From an uncultured Chitinophaga sp. (GTDB lineage: Bacteria; Bacteroidota; Bacteroidia; Chitinophagales; LD1), in the NCBI GenBank assembly GCA_964423405.1, contig CAYREY010000001.1, forward strand, positions 86,175 through 150,174: 64,000 nt of DNA. The letters are read 5' to 3'. The notes under the pieces are model-generated. The model did not search any database. It was not told where the DNA came from and worked only from the letters and a program-made list of their open reading frames with translations. Positions 44,751 to 53,944 of this stretch are shown here, in pieces (positions within the stretch are counted from its first letter, which is position 1; each line of letters begins with the position of its first letter). A program made the translations under genes and the position numbers.

Positions 44751-45932
44751 TCAGGCCTTGCGCTGCTTTAAGCGCCACACCAGCAGGTAGGTAACCAACC
44801 AGGTAACTACTGCCACCATAGCTGCCAGTATAAAACTACCTACTACATATTGCAGGGCGTTTTTACCTATTGTTTCTGGTTTAAAATTTTCGGCTATGCT
44901 AAGGCTCATATTGTTGCCGCCATAAACTAACCTGCCGGCCTGGTAGCTACCAAATACAATAAAAGGTATCATAGGGGGTACGCTGATGTTAGAGGCCAAC
45001 ACCGCCAGTGCTTTGTTTAGTTTAAATACCCAGGCAAAAAACAATACAAACCAAATTTGAAAACCCCAGAAAGGAGTAATACCAAAGAATACCCCCACAG
45101 CCATGCTCCAGGCTTTAACCGCTGGCGTTTCGTGACTGCGGATAAGGTGCTGCTCTAACAGCGTGCGCCAATCGTTTTTAATAATGTGGCGCACAAAATC
45201 GCGGGGCTTTATCCACGCAAATGTCCAGAACACAAGTACAGTATTGAGCACACTGATACGCGAAAAATCTTTGAACGGACGAAAATGCGTTATACGCTCC
45301 TCAGCCGGTGGGTAATATACTTTTACCGGTACTGCCATTACATTAATACCTGCCCAGGCTGCGCGCACTATTACCTCAATTTCAAACTCGTATTTATAGG
45401 TAAAAAAGCGCATACCCTCCAGCGCTTTTATAGGATACAGGCGATAACCGGATTGCGTATCGGGTACAGTTATACCCGTTTCGAGCGTAAACCAAAAGTT
45501 GCTGAACTTATTGCCAAAACTGCTTTTGCCGGGCACGCTGCTCTGGTTCATATTGCGCGCACCTATAATAATTGCATGGCGGTTATCCTGTAGCGCATCG
45601 AGCATGGTGGGCAGGTCATCGGCAAAATGCTGGCCATCGCTATCCAGCGTAATAGCATAATTATACCCCTGGCTGCGGGCAAACTTAAAGCCCTGGCGCA
45701 AGGCCCAGCCTTTGCCCTGATTTTGGGGATAGCTATGCAGTTTTATCTGCGGAAACTGTGCGAGAACTTCGAGCGTATTATCGGTAGAGCCATCGTTTAC
45801 TACACATACATCATCGCAGTATTGCAGCACATCGGCCAGCACGCCTGCTATGGTGGTGCTGTTGTTATAAGTAGGTATCAGCACACAGCAGTTTAATTGT
45901 TTAAACCGGCCTTTATGTGTGCTTTTATCCAT
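44751..45932 (-). CDS. GT2 glycosyltransferase fused to DUF2062 membrane domain (aryl-polyene/flexirubin cluster type)
   Basis: LIPTYNN, VVNDGSTD, TLDSDGQH, DTQSGYRLYP; C-terminal AVGVFFGITP..NISVPPMIP. Confidence 0.9.
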   Translation of the reverse strand: MDKSTHKGRFKQLNCCVLIPTYNNSTTIAGVLADVLQYCDDVCVVNDGSTDNTLEVLAQFPQIKLHSYPQNQGKGWALRQGFKFARSQGYNYAITLDSDGQHFADDLPTMLDALQDNRHAIIIGARNMNQSSVPGKSSFGNKFSNFWFTLETGITVPDTQSGYRLYPIKALEGMRFFTYKYEFEIEVIVRAAWAGINVMAVPVKVYYPPAEERITHFRPFKDFSRISVLNTVLVFWTFAWIKPRDFVRHIIKNDWRTLLEQHLIRSHETPAVKAWSMAVGVFFGITPFWGFQIWFVLFFAWVFKLNKALAVLASNISVPPMIPFIVFGSYQAGRLVYGGNNMSLSIAENFKPETIGKNALQYVVGSFILAAMVAVVTWLVTYLLVWRLKQRKA

Positions 45933-46293
45933 TTACAAATTCGCCTTTAAATCTGAAAAATACTTCTGCAGGGCTAGAATAAGCAGCACTCACCCACAGA
46001 CTATCACCTTCTTGCTTTTCTATTTTAATATCCATATCCAGCAGGTTATCTTTTACCGGGTTAAGCAGTGCCAGAAACTTAATGTGGCTTGCTACTTTCA
46101 TGTGTACCGGGCGTTGTAGCAAATACTCCAGTGCTTCTACCAGCATCTGGGTTTGGCATACTCCTGGTACTACAGGCAACTCGGGAAAATGCCCTTTAAA
46201 TATATCGTGTGCGGCATTAAATTGAATCTTCATCTTAAAGGTATTACCCTCGCCCGACGATTCTTTAATGGTGTAAAAATTGCCCTTGAGCAT
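45925..46293 (-). CDS. 3-hydroxyacyl-ACP dehydratase, FabZ/ApeI-like
   Basis: HDIFKGHFPELPVVPGV, IKFLALLNP; start moved to ATG 46293. Confidence 0.88.
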   Translation of the reverse strand: MLKGNFYTIKESSGEGNTFKMKIQFNAAHDIFKGHFPELPVVPGVCQTQMLVEALEYLLQRPVHMKVASHIKFLALLNPVKDNLLDMDIKIEKQEGDSLWVSAAYSSPAEVFFRFKGEFVNG

Positions 46294-46415
46294 GCTATTG
46301 GTACGGTAGTTTGGTGCTGCGAAGTAATACAAATTAACGAAACGTGCAGGTATAAATTAGCTTAAACAACCAGATGGCCGAATAGTTTAGAATACATAAG
46401 GCTTTGATTAAAAAC

Positions 46416-46451
46416 AATACCGCCGGCACTTATGTAAGCACCGGCGGTATT
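46416..46451. terminator. Hairpin (probable terminator) inside the lipid/PKS cluster
   Basis: AATACCGCCGG-N14-CCGGCGGTATT. Confidence 0.7.
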
Positions 46452-46467
46452 ATTATAAAAAGAAAGC

Positions 46468-47748
46468 TTATTGTACTTCGCTATTCAGTTCGCTTTCTTC
46501 CAGGTCTTTTAGCTTTTTACCTACGTTGATAAGCCGCACCATGCGTTTAAGATAAGTAGCGTGGTTTTTAACGTAAGGGTTCTCAAGGTCCCAAACATAG
46601 CCGGCCAGTACCGAGCATATCTGACGTATAACCTCCTGATTACGTTCTTCTGCAAAGAATATTTTTTGCAGGGTACCATCGTACCAGGCTACCACATACG
46701 AGCGGAATGTATCAACACCCTGCATCATTACATCCGTGTATTCTTTTTGCCAATCTACATTTTCGCCACCCAACTGGCGTACTACCTGGTTAGCTGCTAA
46801 ATGAGATGAGGTAACTGCCAGGGTTACGCCCGAAGAAAATACCGGATCGAGAAACTCGGTAACGTTACCGGTTAGTACAAAGCCATCGCCCCAGAATTTA
46901 TCGGTAGAAACCGACCAGGCCTGAAGCGTGCGGGGTTCAAATACAAACTCGGCATCTTTAAAGCGGTCGGCAATACTCCATTCGGTAGCAATAATATCGC
47001 GCAGTTGCTGCTCGGGTGTTCCGCCGGCAAATGGCTCGAAGAAACCCGGTTCGCTTACAAAACCGCACGAAGTAATACCATTGCTGAAAGGAATACACCA
47101 GGCCCACACACCGGGCTTGTGGTCAACAATTAATATACGGTTTGGCTCTACGTAATCGTTACGTTTGGTATCGCGAATGTGAGTAAAAAGTGTTTTGCGT
47201 GGGGGCAGGTTGCTGGGCTTATCCAGTTTAAACAGGCGCGGTATTACGCGACCATAGCCCGAAGCATCAACAATAAAACGGGCGTTGATGTGACGCTCTT
47301 CACCGGTTTTATCTACTACCGTTGTGGTAGAGTTGGTGCCATCGAATTTGATAGCTGTAACAGTAGTTTCATACTCTACCGGTACGCCCATGCGCTCTAC
47401 TTCCTGCGCCAGCACCTGATCGAAATTGGCGCGGGGCACCTGCCAGGTCCAGGTCCAGCCTTTGGTAAACTGGTCGCTGAAGTTAAAGTCCATCACATGC
47501 CTGTCTTCATTAACAAATTTGGCCCCAAACTTTTGCTGATAGCCCTGCTTTTCGAGCACCGGTAAAAAACCGGCAGCATCCAACGCTTCCATGCACTTAG
47601 GCAACAGGCTTTCGCCTATTACGAAACGGGGGAATTTTTCGCGTTCAACAATTTTAACCTTATAACCGGCTTTGTTGATGATAGAGGCAGCTACAGTACC
47701 CGATGGGCCTGCACCTATTACCAGAACATCTACATTTTCAGTTGTCAT
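46468..47748 (-). CDS. FAD-dependent oxidoreductase with flavin-dependent halogenase signature
   Basis: VIGAGPSG, FPRFVIGESLLP, QKFGA Lys, WAWCIP (WxWxIP), FLDPVFSSGV. Confidence 0.85.
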   Translation of the reverse strand: MTTENVDVLVIGAGPSGTVAASIINKAGYKVKIVEREKFPRFVIGESLLPKCMEALDAAGFLPVLEKQGYQQKFGAKFVNEDRHVMDFNFSDQFTKGWTWTWQVPRANFDQVLAQEVERMGVPVEYETTVTAIKFDGTNSTTTVVDKTGEERHINARFIVDASGYGRVIPRLFKLDKPSNLPPRKTLFTHIRDTKRNDYVEPNRILIVDHKPGVWAWCIPFSNGITSCGFVSEPGFFEPFAGGTPEQQLRDIIATEWSIADRFKDAEFVFEPRTLQAWSVSTDKFWGDGFVLTGNVTEFLDPVFSSGVTLAVTSSHLAANQVVRQLGGENVDWQKEYTDVMMQGVDTFRSYVVAWYDGTLQKIFFAEERNQEVIRQICSVLAGYVWDLENPYVKNHATYLKRMVRLINVGKKLKDLEESELNSEVQ

Positions 47749-47801
47749 AAATCTGTATTTGTTGTTTATGTGGCGCCCGCAACAATCTGTTTAGTATATT
47801 G

Positions 47802-48926
47802 TTACGTAAGCGAATATATAACAGCTGCGTTGCAGCCACCAAATCCGGAGGCTGTTTTTAACGCATGATTTTTATTACTGGTTTGTAAACACTTGCTAAC
47901 ATTAACCGGCTTCGACACACCGCTTTCGGTATAATTGGCACTGGGCAGTACCTCGTGTTGCAACAGCGAGGTGTAACTAAGCACCGACTCTAACACCCCT
48001 GCCGCACCTAATGTGTGGCCAAAATGCGGTTTTAGGCTATGCACCGGTACCGCCGCCACACCGGCCAGGTTAAATGCTTTGGCTTCCATTTCATCGTTAA
48101 ACACAGTGGCAGTGCCATGTGCCGATACAAATGAAACATCGGTGGCCCCTACCCCACTCTGCTGCATGGCTGTGCTGGCAGCGTAAGCCAGCTCGGCACC
48201 GGTACGCGAAGGGCCCGAAATATGGTTAGCATCGTTAGTGCTGCTACCCCCGTTTACCGCCACCCCTTTCGACAGGCTGCTGTCGGTAGTAAGTATTACT
48301 GTAGCGGCACACTCACCCAGGTTAATACCATCGCGGGTGTTATCGAATGGTTTGCAGGGGTTGGCGCTCATAGCATTAAGCGACTGGAAGCCAGTGATAA
48401 TAAACCGCGATAACACATCGGCACCAATTATTACCACATGCTTATATAGCCCTTGTTGCATTAACCGTTTAGCCATTACTATTGCCAACACACCCGATAT
48501 GCAGGCATTGCTTAGTACCAGCGGCTTAACCGACGAACCAAAATGCCCTGCAATACGCTTAGCGGTATTAAACAGCGATACGCGTTGCTGCACTTCTTCA
48601 TTTACTTCGCCCTGCTCAATCAACTCAATATTACCTTTGGTAGTAGATAACATAAAAAGCGTATCGGGAGATGCAACATTAATGGTAGTGTTAGCCAGCG
48701 CTTCAGTAACCGATGCGATGCACAGATTTTCGAAACGGGTATATGCCGGGTTAGTATTTAACACCCCGTGGACAAACATAGCTGCGTAAAACGGTACCGG
48801 CGAAAGGTGGGTATCGTTTATCTGCCTGATAGCGGTAGCTCCGCTACGTACCGCATCGTAGTTCTGCCGGGTAGTGCTACCCAGTGGCGATGTGATATTA
48901 TCGGCTGCTATGTAAACCGGTATCAT
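47802..48926 (-). CDS. Beta-ketoacyl-ACP synthase (FabF/FabB-like)
   Basis: SNACISG catalytic Cys, SAHGTAT, KPHFGHTLGA, SGFGG. Confidence 0.9.
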   Translation of the reverse strand: MIPVYIAADNITSPLGSTTRQNYDAVRSGATAIRQINDTHLSPVPFYAAMFVHGVLNTNPAYTRFENLCIASVTEALANTTINVASPDTLFMLSTTKGNIELIEQGEVNEEVQQRVSLFNTAKRIAGHFGSSVKPLVLSNACISGVLAIVMAKRLMQQGLYKHVVIIGADVLSRFIITGFQSLNAMSANPCKPFDNTRDGINLGECAATVILTTDSSLSKGVAVNGGSSTNDANHISGPSRTGAELAYAASTAMQQSGVGATDVSFVSAHGTATVFNDEMEAKAFNLAGVAAVPVHSLKPHFGHTLGAAGVLESVLSYTSLLQHEVLPSANYTESGVSKPVNVSKCLQTSNKNHALKTASGFGGCNAAVIYSLT

Positions 48927-48927
48927 A

Positions 48928-49368
48928 TTATAACAATCCGTTTTGTTTTTTCCATCGGGCTATCGGCTCGGGTACTACCAACGATAACTCCATGGTAGTA
49001 CTGCTTACAAATACCTGCGTAGTGGTTCCTTTGCAAATTAGCTCACCGTCTTTTTCGGCACGTATCACATAATCGAAAATAAGCTTGGCTGCATGGGTAT
49101 TACGCAGGGTAGTTTCTACCAGCGCCACATCGCTGTACTGCATGGTGCGCTTAAAATCGGTACTCATGTGCACTATTGGTGTAGCTACACCCAATCGGTA
49201 TAACTCCAGATAATCGAGCTTATGCGTGCGGCCAAACTCCTCGCGCCCCTCATGAAAATAATTGGCATAGTTACCATGCCATACTATACCCAATGGGTCG
49301 CACTCGTTAAAGCGCACCCTTATACGGGCAACGGCTGTAAGCACCGGTGTATGTGTATCTACCATCAT
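48928..49368 (-). CDS. Acyl-CoA/ACP thioesterase (YbgC/FadM 4HBT family)
   Basis: VRFNECDPLGIVWHGNY, P I V hotdog fold pattern. Confidence 0.9.
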   Translation of the reverse strand: MMVDTHTPVLTAVARIRVRFNECDPLGIVWHGNYANYFHEGREEFGRTHKLDYLELYRLGVATPIVHMSTDFKRTMQYSDVALVETTLRNTHAAKLIFDYVIRAEKDGELICKGTTTQVFVSSTTMELSLVVPEPIARWKKQNGLL

Positions 49369-49814
49369 ACCGCCTGCACCTGTGGTTTTTCTTCAGGTTC
49401 TACAAATATTTTCATTTTGCAGGTAGCAATCTGCTCTCCATTCAGCTTAACCGAACCGGTAATAATACTTACATCGAACACCTGGTGGTTAATTACTATT
49501 TCAGTTTCAATTTCTTCGCCGGCTTTAGGCAGGCGGGTGTAGGTAAAATCGCGTACATCGCCAATAAAACCCACCGGTATTTTTTTGCCTAACAAATCGC
49601 ATTCGTAGCCCATTTTGGCGGCTGCGGTTTGTGCTATGTTTTCCATAAGGCCGGCTACAGTAAGGTTGCCGCCCTGACAAAGTACATGGTTACTATCAAA
49701 ATTAAACGTAGTAACAGAGTTGCTTTCGGTAACCGTTTGCAACGTGCTGATAAGTACAAAAGGTGGCTTTTGTGGTATCAGGTCTATCAATTTCTCTCCG
49801 GCTACTGGTAACAT
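49365..49814 (-). CDS. Hotdog-fold 3-hydroxyacyl-ACP dehydratase (ApeP-like)
   Basis: LIPQKPPFVLI, GLMENIAQTAA, GFIG; start moved to ATG 49814. Confidence 0.85.
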   Translation of the reverse strand: MLPVAGEKLIDLIPQKPPFVLISTLQTVTESNSVTTFNFDSNHVLCQGGNLTVAGLMENIAQTAAAKMGYECDLLGKKIPVGFIGDVRDFTYTRLPKAGEEIETEIVINHQVFDVSIITGSVKLNGEQIATCKMKIFVEPEEKPQVQAV

Positions 49815-49904
49815 GCTTCTGTTTTTCAATTATCAATGTTCAATTTACAAATAATACCGAACTACTCACTACACACCTGTTGGCATGTAAAACCAATAAT
49901 ACCT

Positions 49905-50780
49905 TTATTCTTTCTTCCAGAAATCGTAATAATTAAACCACTGGTCGGGTGTTTCACGTACCATTGCTTCCAGGTCGCGTGCATAATCCTCCATTATCAT
50001 ATCTAAGGTTGTTTCTTTAGTAACCGTGCGGTGCGGCCTGCAATAAAAATTGTAGTGCGTAGCACTGCGCTTTATACCATATACAAACGAATAATTAGCC
50101 CTGAAAGTTTTGATGATTTGAAATATCCCCATTGGGAAACGGGCCTCTTCGCCCAAAAACTTTACCGAACGGGTTTTACCATCGGCCAGAAAACGATCGG
50201 CAGTAGTGGCTATAATTTCGTTACGGCCCAGCGCCTCGCCTATTTCATAAATATGCGACAGGTCATCTTTTATGGGTATCAGCTTAAATTTGCGTCCACC
50301 GGTTACATTCTCCAGGTATTCTTTAATCTGTTCATGCTCACGGTCATACACCAGTATGTTAATAGTATCGCCGTAATTCATCAGGTAATGGCCGGCTATT
50401 TCCCAGTTGCCCAGGTGTGCACCAAGCAGTATGCCGCCTTTGTTTCCGGCTACAATGGCCCGCAGGTTTTCGGCACCGAAAGACTGTGAGGTAAACTTAT
50501 CTTTCATGCCCGACATGATCATTACCTTATCTATCAGCATTTGCCCCAACCGGTAGTAGCTGATATATATTTTAAAAACCGATTTAACTTTACTGTAGCC
50601 AATGCGCTTACTGAAGAAATAATAAATGTGGCGCGATGTTTCGGGAGAAAAGAAGAAGTAATACAGTACAACGAAATACAATACAAAGTAGGCCGGGTAA
50701 ACACCAAAGTTTTTAAACAGGAAAACAAAAATACTGTAGCCCAGTTTGTTGCCCCGCGACTTACCCTTCCACTCTGCCAT
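49905..50780 (-). CDS. LpxL-like lysophospholipid/lipid A acyltransferase (aryl-polyene cluster type)
   Basis: W.GKSRG start, GAHLGNWE, ADRF, FLGEEARFPMG, QWFNYYDFW. Confidence 0.9.
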   Translation of the reverse strand: MAEWKGKSRGNKLGYSIFVFLFKNFGVYPAYFVLYFVVLYYFFFSPETSRHIYYFFSKRIGYSKVKSVFKIYISYYRLGQMLIDKVMIMSGMKDKFTSQSFGAENLRAIVAGNKGGILLGAHLGNWEIAGHYLMNYGDTINILVYDREHEQIKEYLENVTGGRKFKLIPIKDDLSHIYEIGEALGRNEIIATTADRFLADGKTRSVKFLGEEARFPMGIFQIIKTFRANYSFVYGIKRSATHYNFYCRPHRTVTKETTLDMIMEDYARDLEAMVRETPDQWFNYYDFWKKE

Positions 50781-50782
50781 GG

Positions 50783-51034
50783 TTATACCTTAGCGGCCGT
50801 TTTGCTTATAACGTAATCGTACAGGTTCTGAAACGTGCGGATAGAGGTAAAATCTTCTTGTTTAACTTTTATGCCAAAGTTACCCTCAATAATAACTACC
50901 AGGTCCACATAATCCAGCGAATCCAGCTCCAGTGTTTCCTTAAGCGGCGCATCGGGGGTAATAGCATCACCCTCTACTTCAAATTCCTCTATCAGGAAAC
51001 CGTTGATTTGTGAAATTATTTCGTCGTTCGTCAT
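50783..51034 (-). CDS. Acyl carrier protein
   Basis: LELDSLDYVDL phosphopantetheine Ser motif; 83 aa acidic. Confidence 0.95.
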   Translation of the reverse strand: MTNDEIISQINGFLIEEFEVEGDAITPDAPLKETLELDSLDYVDLVVIIEGNFGIKVKQEDFTSIRTFQNLYDYVISKTAAKV

Positions 51035-51052
51035 AGTTAGTAGGGTTGGGTT

Positions 51053-52276
51053 TTACAACGCCCATTTGCGCACCACCAAACTTGAGTTGGTTCCGCCAAA
51101 ACCGAAAGAATTAGACAAAAATACGTCTATTTTCTTCTCTTTGGTAGTGGTCGCAATGTTAAGGCGTGCCGAGTGTTCGTCGGGGTTTTCGAAATTTATG
51201 TTGGGGGCAACAAAGTTATTATGCATCATTAGCAGCGAGTAAACAATCTCGCTGGCACCGGCCATCCAGCATTCGTGCCCGGTCATAGATTTTGTACTGC
51301 TTACCAGGGGTTTGTAGGCACCAAACACAGCAGCTATGGCCTGGGCCTCGCTGGCATCGCCCTGTGGCGTACTGGTGGCATGGGCGTTTATATAATCAAT
51401 CTCATCGGGCTTAATGTTGGCATCGCGCAGGCTCATCATCAGCGAGCGCACCGGCCCATCTACCGTAGGGTTAGATATGTGGCCTCCGTTAGATGAAAAG
51501 CCATAACCCACCACCTCGCCTAAAATAGGTGCACCGCGCTTTACAGCGCTTTCGTACGATTCAAGTATAACCGTAGCCGCACCACCGCTGGGTATAAGCC
51601 CATCGCGGTCGCGGTCGAAAGGACGTGAAGCTTTTGTAGGTTCGCTTTCGCGTACCGAAAACGCAGCCAGGGCATCGAAAGTGCCCATTGAGAAGATGTT
51701 TAACTCCTGCGCACCGCCGCATACTACACGGTCCTGATAGCCGTGGCGGATTAGAAAGTAGCCCAAACCTATGGAGTGTGATCCACTGGCGCAGGCCGCG
51801 CTTACAGTAAAGTTGATGCCTTTTAACTTAAAAATGGTGGCCAGGTTCATGTTAACCGTGCTGTTCATGGTTTGAAACACTGCACCGCTACCTGCAAACT
51901 GGGTATTCTTCTTCTCGCGCATTATATCGGTACTTTCTACCACCGCCTGTGCGGTGCTGTCGTTGCCGTAAATAATGCCGGTTTCGTGGTGATCGAGAAA
52001 GTCCTGGTCCATTTTAGCCTGTTCCAACGCCTGTAGGGTAGCCATGTAGGCGTATTCGCCGGGTTCTGATAACATGATGCGCGAGCGGCGGTCCAGCAGG
52101 CCTTTTAGCTGCGGGGTTTCGCAGGTACCAGTAAGCCCCGAACGGTAGCCAAACTCCTTACGGGCAGGGTCGAGTACAATACCTGACTTGCCTTTGTAAA
52201 GCGAATCGCGAACTTCGTCGACGTTTTTACCAATACACGACCATATACCTATGCCCGTAATCACCACACGATTCAT
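51053..52276 (-). CDS. Beta-ketoacyl-ACP synthase (FabF/FabB-like)
   Basis: SAACASG, INAHATST, KSMTGHE, SNSFGFGG. Confidence 0.94.
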   Translation of the reverse strand: MNRVVITGIGIWSCIGKNVDEVRDSLYKGKSGIVLDPARKEFGYRSGLTGTCETPQLKGLLDRRSRIMLSEPGEYAYMATLQALEQAKMDQDFLDHHETGIIYGNDSTAQAVVESTDIMREKKNTQFAGSGAVFQTMNSTVNMNLATIFKLKGINFTVSAACASGSHSIGLGYFLIRHGYQDRVVCGGAQELNIFSMGTFDALAAFSVRESEPTKASRPFDRDRDGLIPSGGAATVILESYESAVKRGAPILGEVVGYGFSSNGGHISNPTVDGPVRSLMMSLRDANIKPDEIDYINAHATSTPQGDASEAQAIAAVFGAYKPLVSSTKSMTGHECWMAGASEIVYSLLMMHNNFVAPNINFENPDEHSARLNIATTTKEKKIDVFLSNSFGFGGTNSSLVVRKWAL

Positions 52277-52352
52277 AACTCAATAATATTACTTTGTGTT
52301 TTCTGATACAATAAAACTACCAGGGGATGGTAAGAACTATTGAAATTTGGGT

Positions 52353-53222
52353 TTAAAAACCATACCCATCAAAATCTTCGGTAAACTCATCGGCTTTAAA
52401 AGCAGGGTTTACTACCAGATTAGTGAACGAGTACCTTTCAAACAAGCCTTTATCATCACTCACCTCCTGATAGATAGGAAAGTTATTTTCCTTATCGATA
52501 TACATGATGGTTTTTTTAGCGTATGAAGTAGGTATTTTAAGTGTTTTACCACCCAGGTCTTCCTCAAAGTTTTTAACGCCGCTGTTTTCTACCATGCTAT
52601 ACTCAGGCACTAAAAACTTAAGCGCTATGGTGTACATGGTTTCGCCTTTCTGAGCTTTGTAGGTAGTGTAAGCCCAGGTAGGGTCTTCTATCACCAGTTT
52701 GTAACAGGTACGGCCGTTCCAGGTAACATCGCCGGCCAGCTTAAATACTTCGTCAAATTTACCCTGCTCGTCGGCACGTTTAGCGCCCTGCTGTACAATT
52801 TTGGCTATAATACCAAAACCCGATGAAAGGATAGTGTGGTGCTGATCTTTGGTAAGCAAACTACTGTAAGGATTAAGTTTTAAGGTAGGCAGCATTTTAC
52901 CGGGGTTAACCACTGCTTTGCCGTTATTCTGCCCCTCAATGTAAAGAATCTCGGTACCCTTGTTAGGGTCTTCAATCATTTTAAGGTATATCTTTTTAGG
53001 GCTTACGTTTATCTTATTCTGTATTAAACCACCGCGCAGGCCCTTAATACCAATAATACGCTCTTCGCTGCGCATGTTAAAAGAGCAGCCCTTGTGGCTG
53101 TTAATAGCTGCCAGCATTTTATTTACAACTGTCCGTGTCTGACTTTCGGGGGCTTTGATACCCGATATGTTTAAACAACCTACCGCTACTAACAGTGCTA
53201 TAACTACAAAGCTTTTTTTCAT
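52353..53222 (-). CDS. DUF1571-like (LolA-like fold) secreted protein with internal LysM-like insertion
   Basis: Signal peptide; IYLK...GTEILY...HHTILSSGF; YKAQKGETMYTIA...GKTLKIP LysM pattern. Confidence 0.72.
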   Translation of the reverse strand: MKKSFVVIALLVAVGCLNISGIKAPESQTRTVVNKMLAAINSHKGCSFNMRSEERIIGIKGLRGGLIQNKINVSPKKIYLKMIEDPNKGTEILYIEGQNNGKAVVNPGKMLPTLKLNPYSSLLTKDQHHTILSSGFGIIAKIVQQGAKRADEQGKFDEVFKLAGDVTWNGRTCYKLVIEDPTWAYTTYKAQKGETMYTIALKFLVPEYSMVENSGVKNFEEDLGGKTLKIPTSYAKKTIMYIDKENNFPIYQEVSDDKGLFERYSFTNLVVNPAFKADEFTEDFDGYGF

Positions 53223-53278
53223 ATTAATGTGAGGGGTTAATAATTTATATTAAAATAAATACCTGTGTACAGGCTGTA

Positions 53279-53743
53279 TTACATGCCTATACCCAGCTTG
53301 TTGTAAATGAAGCTCATTATCCAGGCCGGGCCTACTAGCAAAAACTGAAGATCTTTAAGAAACGATGGTTTTTTGCCTTCTATTTTATGCCCGTAGAACT
53401 GGGCTATCCAGGCCAGTACAAATATTACTATGCTTACCAGCCATACGGGCAGGCCAGCCTGCTCCAATCCGTAACAGGCAGCAATGCAGGCTAAGGCATA
53501 TAAAGCCATACCCAGCGCCAGTGTAATGGAAAGAGAAACATAATAAACCGTAACAAAAGCCAGCATTAGTATGGCAAAGTTCAACTTAAAGCCGGCAGCC
53601 AGTTCCAGCGGCAGCTTAATTTCGTAAAACAGACCTACAATGCTGAAAAAAATAAGCGGTACACAAATCCAGTGAATGGCCTTGTTAGTGGCGTTTTGGT
53701 GGCTAGACCCATACTCATCAAGAAGCAGTTGTACTTTTGTCAT
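53279..53743 (-). CDS. DUF962/Mpo1-like membrane protein
   Basis: YGSSHQNATNKAIHWICVP, AQFYGHKIEGKKPSF, LLVGP; start moved to ATG 53743. Confidence 0.9.
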   Translation of the reverse strand: MTKVQLLLDEYGSSHQNATNKAIHWICVPLIFFSIVGLFYEIKLPLELAAGFKLNFAILMLAFVTVYYVSLSITLALGMALYALACIAACYGLEQAGLPVWLVSIVIFVLAWIAQFYGHKIEGKKPSFLKDLQFLLVGPAWIMSFIYNKLGIGM

Positions 53744-53808
53744 GGTTGTTAAATTTTTTAGGTGTGCGAAAATACATTTTATAGGTGGATATAGCAACAC
53801 AGCCCATG

Positions 53809-53827
53809 TTGGCAATTATGGTGCCAA
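53809..53827. promoter_or_regulatory. Palindrome TTGGCA-N7-TGCCAA containing a sigma54-type consensus on the minus strand
   Basis: Minus strand reads TGGCAC-CATAA-TTGC about 70 bp upstream of the DUF962 ATG. Confidence 0.4.
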
Positions 53828-53944
53828 TTGGCCGTTATACCAAATGAAGGTGTGTTGCAGGCCGGTGTACGTATAAACAGCCGGAATAAACTATTTCTGT
53901 AAATTGTATGTGGCTTTACCTGCGTTGAAAAAACAACAAGTGTA

